64,000 bases of DNA from Sphagnum compactum (taxonomy: Eukaryota), in contig OZ234493.1 in the NCBI GenBank assembly GCA_965153455.1, positions 2,914,001 to 2,978,000 of the forward strand, written 5' to 3'. How positions within the stretch are numbered: position 1 is the first letter of the stretch; each line of letters begins with the position of its first letter. The translations under genes were made by a program, and so were the position numbers. This document shows, piece after piece, positions 1 through 11,585 of this stretch. A model generated the notes under the pieces. The model had not been told where the DNA came from. It saw only the letters and a program-made list of their open reading frames with translations, and did no database searches.

Positions 1-885
1 ATGACTTATCGCAAAGTAAGTGAACCCATCTCTTTGTACAATAGATGGCTGAGCTTTCAGTGGAAAGATGCTCTGTTCGTGTATATTTTCTCTGTCTTGA
101 TGTCTTTGAAAGTAATCTTTTGTGACAGATGTGTCATTTGTTTACCGATTTGTTCTTTTTTTTCAATGTGCAGCATTTGGATGATGTTCACAGCAGGAAT
201 GTTATGCACTACATGCAGGCCATTAACCAGTATGTCCAATTTGACCTTGAATGCCTCAGATAGAAAGCTATTTGCAGGTGTTGTGAATTGGTATAAAGAG
301 TCAGCTGGGAGAGGGGGTGTGGCAAAAACTTGTGTCCAAGTGGCTAGTTGAAAAAGTCTGATTGGTGCCATCTGATGATGTCTGTAGGCGTGTGGATTTA
401 AGTGAGAGGGTGAAGAAACTGAAATGCCGCACACTGATTATCGTTGGTGAACATTCCCCTTTCCACCACGAGGCTTTGCACCTCAGTACACAGATGCATA
501 GGCGATACAATGCATTGATTGAGGTAATCTGAACCCCTTCACAAACCACATTTGCTTGCTGTACAGGAATTACTTCTGCAGATCTTACTTTTATCTTTTA
601 GTGGGATACAGATATTGCTTGCTAACTTCTCTTGTGCATATGCAGGTTCAAGCTTGTGGGTCTTTGGTGACAGAGGAACAGCCTCATGCTATGTTTGTTC
701 CAATGGAGTTATTCTTAATGGGTTACAGCTTTTACCAACGGCCTGTTTACTCACTCTCCTCCACACCCACGAGCCCACTGAGTCCACCCTGTGTTTCCCC
801 AGAGCTTCTGTCTCCCGAGAGTCTTGGGCTAAAGTTAAAGCCCATAAAGACACGTGTATCTGTACCTGAGGAAGAGAACTGCTGA
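1..885 (+). CDS. NDL: NDRG-family alpha/beta-hydrolase-like protein (N-MYC downregulated-like / pollen-specific SF21-like), 3' part only
   Basis: Exons <1..15, 174..229, 388..523, 646..885 have GT-AG boundaries and a consistent frame. They give [55 protein letters not shown]...[33 protein letters not shown]...[29 protein letters not shown], the characteristic plant NDL C-terminus. The 5' end lies outside the window. Confidence 0.93.
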
Positions 886-2174
886 ATAGAATTCCACCCC
901 TTGTGTATTCCACTGTCATCCTAGGTGTATATAACTCCTTCCCCTTGTCAGTACATTGAGAGTGTCAAACTGAATGTCACCCCGCGATGACTTAGTCTGT
1001 CCTGGTAACCAAGAGAGATGAGCGGGATCAGTACTGATGGTTATAATGTGTGGCACAAGCATGTCTCCACCGGATCTGCACATCCAGTGGAGTTGTGCCC
1101 ATTCTACACAGGGCTAGGAATTGCCATTTTTGGTGGAAATTTGTTACACCACTCTATACAACTTGTGATGAGGCAAGTCATTTTCAATAAAAGGGTCATG
1201 TATACTATTTTTGCTTCTTTCCCACCTTTTTTCTTTCCTAACTTGATTTCAATACTACACTTCATTTTGTCACTCAGCATTTTCTTGTGATCTTCTGTTA
1301 GCTTATAGCACCTTGATCTGATCATTGGTTAGACCTGATGATAACGGTAGTGAGGAATGTATGGAATCTGTTTTGAACTCTTATGATGTTCACTGAAGTT
1401 TTCTGCAAGCAACTAGAGAAATACCTCAGCTCACTGAATGCATTATTAGTAAACCACTCATGGAATGTGTTGTGTTTACACGTCTTTACTTTGCTTTTTG
1501 TTGTGCTACTAAATCGACACCCTACCCAAACACATTTGAAACTAACGAAAGCATGCAAAGCAAGTCAAAATTTGAAACTCACTTGCAACTACAAAAAATT
1601 CAAGCCCCAAAACATAGAATGAAAAACACAAGACTCTTTGGCATCAAAACATAGAATGACAAACACAGACTCTTTGGCATTTATGCTTTCCTGAAGAAAG
1701 AATTCTGCAGTGTGGTTTGAAAAATGTCTCAGCACAAGATTTGAAGACTCCAAAAACTCTCAAGGATAATCCTCTCCCCCGCCCCAAAACCCCAAAACAC
1801 AAAAACTCTAGAATCTCATTTCCAAGTTTGGTTCTTCAACAAAAATGGTATATAGAAACAATAACATTCATTAGGGTGTTATTTGAATTCTTGTACCTTG
1901 GCAGGAATTATTAATTATTTGTAGAAATGTTTGAAATTTTCCCCCTAAAATTTATTAGAAAATTTATTAAAAAAAAAAAAAAAACCCCAAGGGAAAAAGA
2001 AAAAATCTATGTTGGAAATTAGAGCATCTTTTTTGAAATATTCCGGAATATTCTAATAACTGGTCATGGAATCTTCAATTTTAATTAATTAATTAATTAT
2101 TTGACAGATTTGTGTTGAAGCTGCCGCGGGTAGGTATATACACACTATGAAAAAGATTCTCCTTGCAACGTCGT

Positions 2175-2183
2175 AAACCCTAA
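2175..2183 (+). promoter_or_regulatory. Telo-box (AAACCCTAA) upstream of the G-patch gene
   Basis: Exact AAACCCTAA ~310 bp upstream of the ATG at 2492. Further GGGTTTAGGGTTTAG occurs at ~2700 in intron 1. Function is inferred only. Confidence 0.35.
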
Positions 2184-2491
2184 TTCTCCTCCTCCCAGAG
2201 CGTTGGAAAGAAAGGGGAAGCGGATGGCACTAGTGCTGACGACTATGATGATGTTCTTGCGACTGTATTTGAGCGTTTGTTTGGAGGTGTTTTTTGGCTG
2301 CAATTTGGTGGAGAATTTTCTTGAAGAATTGCTTCAAGAGATTGACCATGGTGGAATAAGAATTAGCTGCACAAAAAAATAAAAATAAAAAAATAAAAAT
2401 TGGAGTGAAGAAAAATCGTGCCCGCAGACAGACAGACGACAGACGGTGAAAAGTTTTGTGGGCAAAGCGGGGGACGGACGGGGGTCACGCC

Positions 2492-4857
2492 ATGGCGGCA
2501 AATGAAGAAGAAGATGATGACTACATGGGCGACCTTGGACGTTTCCTCAGCATTCCAGACACTGCTTCTGTTGCTACGGTTCTCTACTATTTCACCCTCT
2601 GCATGCCAATCCTCATGTTTAGCTTCAAAAGCATTTTGCATTAAGTAGTAGTCAAGTGATTTTCAGCTCTCCTTGTTGTGGCTTGTGCCATCGAGCCCAG
2701 GGTTTAGGGTTTAGTATGGCCTAGGGTTTTAGCTCTGCTGGTTGCTGCCTACCTTGCAAGTGGTGGCAGATTCAAGTGACAATAGGGGCATGCTGGAGGC
2801 TGAAAAACTAGTTGAATGTCATAGTCTGAAGTGTGGAGATTATGGCGTTTTCGGTGTTGTTTGGCTGGGGTATGGGCATTTAGGGTCTGGCTAGGGTATG
2901 GGCACTAGGGCCTCACCTTGCAAGTGTTGTAGATTCAAATGGTGGTGTTGGGTATATGCTGGATGGACCTCAACACACCACTTGAATGGGGTTTGTCAGA
3001 AATGTGGGAACTTATTAGGGGGGTTTGATGGATGTGTTGGAGAGAGGATTAGGGCCAGTGCTCTTCCACTGGGTGGTGGGCTCATGGTGTAAAGTGTGGG
3101 AATGAGGGGTTTTTTTTGTGTTCAGAAGATTACGGCAACTATTCTGGGATGAGGTTGTCCAAAGGTGTGGGCTTTCCAGAGTTGCAGAGGGAAAAAACTA
3201 GGGTAATCACATGTTGTAAATTGTTTTCACTCGTGTGAAGAGCTTACAGGCGTTTAGTTTGTTGTGCAAAGATTAGGGCAACAATGTGACTCCTTTTATG
3301 GTTGTTAGAATGTTTCCACCTGTATCAAGCAGTGAAGAAACACTCATGGCCAGGCTTGTCGGCAGGCACAGCATCAGCCTTCTTCATCTTCTTTGTCTGT
3401 GACACAAATGGAGGTGAAAGTCTCTGGTTTTCACTGTTAGAAAAGTGTGCACCTCTAAGCTAGGACACACCTGCTCAAAGGGTGAGGAAGCACTCAGGAT
3501 GTTTCTTCTTCTTCTTCTTCTTTGAGTGTGCGCAAAACACAGACAAGGTTTTGGGTGCTTCAGATAGGCAGGTGTAGGGCCTCATGCTGTGGAAGCTTGA
3601 CAGGTGGGCAAGGTAAAAGGAGGCACTGTGGAGAAACGGAAGATGAATTGGAAGGAGAAAAAGAAGCTGAAGCAGGAAAAGAATCAAAATTTAGAGGAGG
3701 AACAGCGACAAGAGGGAATGGCTGCTGTCATCCCATCCTCCAACATAGGGTTCAAGCTGCTGCAGCAGATGGGTTATAAACCAGGCAATGCTTTAGGGAA
3801 GCATGGGCAGGGAGCAACCGAGCCAATCAATGTTGACTTAAAACGTAACCGGACAGGGCTGGGCAGAGATGAGGTGGTGAAAGAGGAGAAGAGTCAGAAG
3901 TCAAAGCAGATTATTCTTGCTCGTGAGAGGAAGCGGAAGAAAGTTGATGAGCTTAGGGTAGGATTTCAGGAACGACGCAGGGGCACATGGCAAAGCCGTA
4001 AGCTTGTGAGTGATTACCGCAAGGCTTGCACTGCGCTTTTGCAGCTTGAAGAACAGGCTGCTGGGACTGTGACAGAATCTGCTAGACCAGTCAATGAGAA
4101 GACAGTGGAGGTGCAGGATGCAGGCAAGGGAGTTGACAAGGTGAAAACTGAAGATGCTGAGGCTGTGGAGGAAGATGAAGAAGAGGAGGAGGAAATAACA
4201 GAAGAGGTGAGAATCCCTGCCTTGTTTAACTTCTGCAGGTTATACAACAAATGTGGAACCCTCAATAGTGATTTTCCCCTCTTTCTTTGAGCATGAATGA
4301 CTAAATGGTGTGTCAAGGTTGCTAATGAAAATGCTTTGGCAGATGTTGCATGATCATTTGACAAAGTTGCGAGGCTTGTACCATTACTGCCTGTATTGTG
4401 GCTTTCAGGTCTGCTCAAAATTGGGTTTGATTCCCCTAGACTTTGACGTGTTCTTATACATTCTCCTTGCTGTTGAAGCAGCCCAATTGTTACATTTGGG
4501 TCTGGAAACTAGAAGTATAATCACTTTGTCAATCGGTTTTTGTCAACAGACTTCTGCATGTGGGAAATAAGTCTTTTGGTTCGATGTGGGAGCTGGTTGG
4601 TTGGTTGGTGCTTGGTACTTCACATGTGACATTGCTGTGGGCTTGACAATGAGTCAGTTTATGTTGTGGTCCCCTTAATGCTTAGCAAGGGGGAAAAAAG
4701 TTGTAAGCATAGAGGACTCTTGGTAGCTTTAAAGCCTAGTCTTTCTTGTGAACATCTGCTTGTTGAGTAGGCATCTGAACAGAATGGGTGGGTGCAGTAT
4801 GATTCAGAGGAGGCATTAATAGCAGACTGTCCTGGGCTTGAAGATGAAGTCCACTGA
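2492..4857 (+). CDS. G-patch domain protein with C-terminal DUF4187 zinc-binding motif (GPATCH11-like)
   Basis: Exons 2492..2578, 3604..4206, 4343..4408, 4798..4857 are all phase 0 and GT-AG. N-terminus MAANEEEDDDYMGDL; G-patch IPSSNIGFKLLQQMGYKPGNALGKHGQGATEPINVDLKRNRTGLG; C-terminus LRGLYHYCLYCGFQ|YDSEEALIADCPGLEDEVH*. Confidence 0.92.
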
Positions 4858-7832
4858 TTTAACTGGCTTTACATGACTGTGTATAGCTCTGTTTCCTGTG
4901 AGGTATGATCATGGGTACAAGCCCTTACTTTGGCAACACAGTTCTCTAATTTTTCATTCTTTGTAAAGCCTCTGAAACTTTTGGTGGCAGTTTTGCTGAA
5001 GGGTTTCTGTTGGTTGACAGAAAAGTGGTGCTGATAAGAACCATGTTCTGTGCTTGGATTGAGATTCCCAGAATGGTATTTTCAACCATGGGATGGTACT
5101 TCGATCAAACAAATGCCTTTTACTAAACTGTTGTATATCTGATGTAAGACATGCTGTTCTCAGTTGATATCCACTAGCAGCACAATTCTAGCATTTTGCA
5201 TTCCATGAGCTTCCTGCACAATTGGTATTGGAAATGTGATTTTTGACTGAACTTTAGAGCTCCCTGAGCATGAACTCAGTTTTTCATGGTAGATCTCATG
5301 TCATGACCTTTTGATTTTTAGGAGTTTGGAAATGTAGTCATTGCTCTTAAATGGAGATGACCTGAACCCACTCAAAAGACTGCACATGTTCTTGTGATGG
5401 AGACAGGGACTATCCTATAGTCACGAATGATTGCAGCTCTTGGGACGAGATGAGACTGCTAACTCTATTTTGAACATTTTATGACAGGATCAGGCCTGTG
5501 TAAGCATCAATGGGTATCCAGCAGTGTCCCTAGCAACAACAGGAGAGAATTCTTGGGGGAATTTTGATTATCTTCAGCCAGACCATGTTCGGATAATACA
5601 AATGGGAAACACTTTATTGATCCATGGGATTGCAAATCTATCATTACTACCCTTGCAAACTTCCCAGATGCAATAGTAATAAGATCCTAGGTGAATGCAG
5701 TTCAGGTTCTTCCTAAAAAATTTCCAGACTTTGAGAGTTTCATGTAGCTGGAGAAAGACTCTTTTGACAGTGGCATATACCCAAAAATGTCTTGTGACTT
5801 AAATTGTACTTCTCATGGCTTCTCTTGTAATTTCTTGGACCTTACAGTGAAGAGCAAAGTCCCAAGGTATGTCTTGTGATATCTTTCATAAATGTTCTCG
5901 ATCAGAGCAAATATGGACATGATATGGATGCCTCATATTCATTTCAATAACTCTATTACTGCTAAATTGGGCGTTAATCAATAGTCAGTTTACAGGTTCT
6001 TGAGTCTTTGTAGTTCTAAATTTTCTTCATTTCTCTCAAATTGACGTCTTGTCATCCTGAAGAATAAAGGCTACCCTCTAAAGATTCTGTTCAAGAAGAC
6101 TGGAGGGTTACTCAATAAAGAGAAATTTCTTTTTGGAATTTCAGCATTTTGAGTCTTCTGAATGATCTTGTATAGAGTTTTGTAAGTGGGAAGCTTTTTG
6201 AAGCCCCCATTTGGTTCTCATTTGTTTTTCCCTTGTCTATAATTCTATGTTTTTTGTTTCTTATTCTGTGTGCTTTTTGTTTCGTTTCTCCCACTACTTT
6301 TCTCTATGTTTTTCCCCTTCTATTTTGTTATGTTGGTAGTTGCTAGCCAGTATCATGCCTGAGTCTTCCCATTGCTTCCAAACTTGTGACAGAAACTCAA
6401 CTCAGTATACAGGTTAGTGAGTACATTGACCTCTACCTACTGTAGGGAGCTGATGAAGTTGATGGCAAAGTTGTGATCATACATGTTGCTCTTCATGGTC
6501 CCCAAACAAGTGAGAGACTGGCACTTTTGTTCATTCTGCTCTGCCTTTCTTACTGGTGAGTACAGGGATTTCTTGATTTTTATGAGAGTTATTAATAATT
6601 CAGGCTCTTCCTAAAACTACAGAAAGTGTGTATTTGTCTACAAATATGAAAGCTGTTCATGAAGCTAATGGTTTCGTTATGGCAGATCACTAACCCAGGA
6701 GAGGAGTCTGAAGTGAGCAGAGTGTTCTTGACTTGTTCATAAGTGGAAAAATCATCCCAAGATGCCTGGTATTGAACCATTCAATTTCACATCACTCTCC
6801 TCCATCATGTTGACCTCAAGAGTTACAATCTGTATTTGAATGGTGATTTCTGTTGCTATAATTTTACAAATGCAAGTGACTGACTATGGAACTTTCAACA
6901 ACATGCTGACAATAAAATGTTCTTTTCGGAGTCCTTAGGGGACATATAATTGGAAGTTGTCCAAAAAATAGGCTATTGGGGGAGTTGAGACTCTTGGTTT
7001 TCATTGTGTTTGAAAGGTTGGGACTTTTGATCCTTGATCAAAAAGTTGGGCTCTGGCTAGTTGTGATATCTCTCTGGGTTTTCCAAATTTGTGCTGTTCA
7101 GTTTTGGTGGATTCCATGAGCACTGTGCTTCACTAAAAAGAAGTTTTCATGGATGGAATCCCACAAAAACTAAGCCGGCCTCAATTTGCAGCTGCTTCTG
7201 TGATGAGCAACAATAATTTTATTCTTTTTTGCATTAGTTGTACTTTGGGAATTTGTAGAATTGAACCGTAGTAAAGTAGATCAAACAATCTTCCTCCTCC
7301 TCCTCCTCCTCCCCTTTCAAAACATCACTGGTGTTCACGAAATGAGAGTTGGTACTAATAACACTAAAATTCATCAGCAATTCTCATACGGAGAAGCAGG
7401 AGACAGCAGCACAAGAGCTTTGGAAATTGCCAACCAATGTTGTTGCATACGATTTGGACCAACTGTGTGTTTAAGAAGTTACTCGAATGCAAAATGTTGA
7501 TGTTTCAGCTATTTTGAAACACCGAAAAGATCGATCTCTTTTCAGATTTTGTTTTGTAGAGATAAACCAACTTGAATCAAATTTGTCCAAATTTGATAGG
7601 AATTATATATATATAGGATAAATGGGAAGTGTAGTACTACTACTACTAGTCTTTGAGGATTTCATTAAGGAATTCAATGTGAGGCTGGTGGCAATAGACC
7701 ACCCAGTTATGGCAGAAGCAATAACAACATTTGCTGAACTAGCCTGATGTTTTGGAGCTAGGTGAAAAATTGTGGCTACTAGCCCCCATTTGTGTGGGGG
7801 CACTTATTGATGGGAACCCACATATTATTATC

Positions 7833-8675
7833 ATCGTAGTACCTTTTCAGGTTTGGCATATTGCTGCCGAATAATTATTTTATTTTGAAAATTTGATTTT
7901 GGTGCCCCAACAAAAAATAAATAATAATAATTGATTTTTTGTCAAAACTTTATGTAAATCAAAATGTGCTAATGTTCTTTCATCATCAATGTTGTGCAAG
8001 AACATTCATTTTGCATCACGACCCAAGATTTGATCCCAACACTACCTCCATCCCCTATAGGAGATGTTGCACTAAGCACTACTGGCATACCATCAGAGAT
8101 TTAGAGATAAGTTTTATATATTTTTTAATTTACTACACAAATTCGAAAAGGGAATTTTTTTAAAAAAACTGCTGAATAATTATTTTATTTTGAAATTTTG
8201 ATTTTGGCGTAAAAATAAATATTTTTTTCTTTGGTTTTTCTTCGTCAAAAATTTATTTAAATTAAAAAACATTTGAATGTTCTTCATCACCAATGTTTTT
8301 TTGCGCAAATGTTTTGCACCACCGCGGTGCACAATACTTTGGTCCCAAAACCTCCCTGCAGGAAATAAATAATGCACTAACCACTGGAAATACCACCAGA
8401 GATTGAAAAGCCAAAAATATTACATTTTTTAGATTTATTACATACACAAAGTCAAAAAGGGAATTTTTAAAAAAAAAACCCTGCCCAGGGCTGCATTGTC
8501 AGACTCATAAAAAGGTGCCAGCAAACAAATTTCGACTTCAGTAAAAAAGAATAGTTTTTTTTTAATTTCAGCAGAAAGGGACCTTAATTTTCTAAAATTT
8601 TGACAATAAAATAAAAATAAAAATAAAAATAAATAATATATAAAATTTTTGCCAAACCTGAAAAGGTGCTACAAT
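7833..8675. mobile_element. MITE-like non-autonomous DNA transposon with 26-bp TIRs and an internal ~305-bp diverged tandem duplication
   Basis: ATCGTAGTACCTTTTCAGGTTTGGCA (7833..7858) is the inverted partner of TGCCAAACCTGAAAAGGTGCTACAAT (8650..8675), with 2 mismatches. Internal ~7865-8170 is repeated at ~8170-8480. The TSD is not clear. Confidence 0.75.
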
Positions 8676-9474
8676 ATATCCCTTATTGCATTGCATTGCA
8701 TTGCATGAATTGCAATGTGGGGCACTTATTGGCAATCATTGGTGGAGGGCAAATCAATTTGAAATCATGTAGACAAACAATCAAATGCTAATCATTTGAG
8801 CTCTTGGGTCCAGTGTGTGTGGGTTAGGACATATGTCTTTAAGATCACAAAAAGCATTCATTATGATGGGTTTGGATCTCAAGTCTTAACAAACACTCAA
8901 GAAGTGACATTTCCATTGTCAGAAAAGGTTGCATTCCACAATGGTTTCTAAGTGACATGTGTTTCTTCACCATGTTTCTTCCCCCCTTCCCCCACCCCCC
9001 CCTCCTCCCTGATGGGCTGAAACATGTGGAAGCAATCAAATTGCAAATTCTTGCTGCTGGGCATCCACCACCTACAAAAGAATCCTATATATCATTGCAC
9101 TGGGGATTGATAAGGTAAAATGTTACAAGATCTTCTTCAAGGAAAAATATATGCAAGACCCAAAGTCTAATATAATGGGCAACACCAAAATGTGTCTGGG
9201 CATTCATTATCCATCTTCCCCCTTGTGCCCACTCATGAAATGGGTCATGAATTCATGAAGGGGACAACAACCTTCAAGGTTTGGTTAAATTGTTTTTACC
9301 CTGTTCAGATTATTATATGACCGGATCTCATAATTTTTTTTGAGACCCAAAGATAAGAATATCACTTCGAATTATCCAAAAAAATTGATACCCAGAGGGT
9401 TTCGAAAGTGATATCCGGATTTTCAGGATATCCGCCCAACACTGACCAGCACTGGGGATATCCGCCCAACACTG

Positions 9475-10389
9475 ACCAGCACCCGCCAGTGTACGATGAT
9501 GGATGGATGGATGGGAAGTGGTCAGAAAACAAGTTTTCTGTTGGGTAACAGTTCCTTAGCTAACCGTGATGGTTAGCTCAGTTGCTTTTTTTTTTTTTAC
9601 TACCTACCTACTATAACTAACAACCCACAAGCAAGCAGGTTGTTAGTAAGTAGGTAGTAAAAACAGCCCTTACCTATGTTTCAACCCATCTACTTACCTA
9701 GTATTACCTAGTATTTTCCTACCTATCTACCTATACTAGTGTGAACCCGGTGCATAATGCACCCGTCAAGCTCCCCCCCCCGCCCGGGTGGGTATTAGAG
9801 ATATTCACAAATTCACAATCTTTGGGCCTCCTTTCGCCCCCTAACCCCTCTTTTAGTGGTATCCGTAAAGTAAAGAAATTTTATTAAATCTCAATATGGA
9901 ATGCTGAAACTCAGTACGAAATGCTGAATCTCAGCATTTAATGCACAAGGTTCGAGAGGTTTATAGCAGCTGGACAGGTAGGAGTGAAAATCTATGTAGT
10001 AACAGTGGAGCGGCTCAGGAAAAAAGAAAGACAGGGTGAAACTCAGAAAACCGCTCGATCTGCCCCCCCCCCCCCGCGCTGGCCCCCCGCCCCGTCACTT
10101 GTCATCTTTTCAAAGATGTTTCCCAACTGCCTTAATTGCCGTCGATTCTGCCGTAATGTTAAAACCGGTTTCGTCGTAATGTTAAAACGCAGAACGTCTT
10201 GTGACACACAGGACGAACAGACACCAACTTAGCTTTTATATATAGGATATATATAAAAAACCTATATTTCCTACAGAATTGGTTACCAAAGTGAAACCGA
10301 TATTAACTCAGTTGACGAGGTTCATCCACCGCAACTGAATAATAACAGGCATCCAGTGGATGGTGCACTGGCGGGTGCTGGTTCACTAC
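9475..10389. mobile_element. MITE-like host element (family H) carrying a Helitron insertion
   Basis: ACCAGCACCCGCCAGTGTAC (9475..9494) is inverted relative to GTGCACTGGCGGGTGCTGGT (10363..10382). Internal hairpin at ~9595-9662. A homologous copy lies at ~36053-37760 and a terminal fragment at ~60840-60900. Confidence 0.7.
9736..10247 (-). mobile_element. Non-autonomous Helitron (512 bp, subfamily B)
   Basis: Minus strand begins A|TCCTATATATAAAAGC and ends GGTGCA-TTA-TGCACC hairpin, GGGTTCACA, CTAG|T. It is inserted between A and T with no TSD. Confidence 0.85.
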
Positions 10390-11585
10390 TACGCACCTAC
10401 CTGCCATTTCAACAGGTTTTCAGGATCTCTTCCATCCAAGTATATCAACTGCCAGGGACCCATCAATCATTTCCTACCTACTTACATCCTGCCCACAGAA
10501 TGCTCCTCCCTAGAGGAGCACATTCTCTAGTCCATTTCTCATCTGATCTAGTATTGTTTTTGGTGGCATATCTGCTCATAACTGGGAACAAAACTTTTTA
10601 TGCCTAGAGAGAGAGACGGTTTTCATATCACAAATCCTCACTCATTTTAAGCTAATCAGTAAACCCAGTTTGGATGTTAAAACATTTTCCGGGTGACTTT
10701 CATTTTGTATCAGTTTAGCTTTGGTTTTTTGGAGGCATTGTGGTATAATGTTTCTTTGAAAAAAGGTTTGGAATGAATAGATGTGCCCAGATAAAACTAT
10801 CAGACATCTTCATATCTAGGAGAGAGAGAACCAAGTGAATGAGAAAACCACAAATGGTACAGCAGTAAACCCATAACAAAACTGATCACATGTCCACAAG
10901 AGTTTGTCCAATAGTCACAAAGAATAACAAACACTTCCACATGCTTTTACTTAATCCAAGGAGAATATAGGGTTCACCCACTGGTCTCCTCTTCTAAAAC
11001 TCTCTGCATTCAAATTGCTAAGGATCAGAGTTTCTAACTCCACTCTCATAATGCCAATCACTGGAGTCTCTGCCTGCACACATTGATAGAACTTTTTACT
11101 TTGGAAGCTGACTTGCATCTCCACTTAACCTTTGTTCTTGCAAACCAGGTCTGTCACATTTAAGGTTGAGGTCCTGAGCTGGAACCACAAATCCAGTGAA
11201 CTTTAATGATCTATCTAAGTCAAGGCAATGCTAATAAACAAAGAAGAATGAGATCAAAGACCTCCTCTGCCAGTGTACTGTCAGACTGACAGGAAAGAAA
11301 ACTCTGCCACATCAATACAGGACAAAAGAATGATCCTTGCACAGCTCATGAGTAGGTCCTCTTTTCAAACTGGACCAATTGGGCTATCAAGTGCAATCTT
11401 CGCCTACCCATTTATGTCTGCTAGACTACCGTACACCAAAGCTTCTCTCAACCATCCTTCCCAGTAACAGTTTGGTGTGCAGTTTTGATCCTACAGCTCC
11501 CCACCTCTTTACTAGCAATGTCAATACCCACCATTTCAACATAAGGTCTACTTTCAATGGGTGCCACAGCAAGCATTTTCCTGTT

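Noticed and set aside
57..549. Minus-strand ORFs of 125 and 82 aa
   Set aside because: They are antisense to the spliced NDL exons and introns on the plus strand.
2225..2383. 52-codon ORF MALVLTTMMMF... upstream of the G-patch ATG
   Set aside because: No recognisable motif, and the transcription start is unknown, so it cannot be called a uORF or gene.
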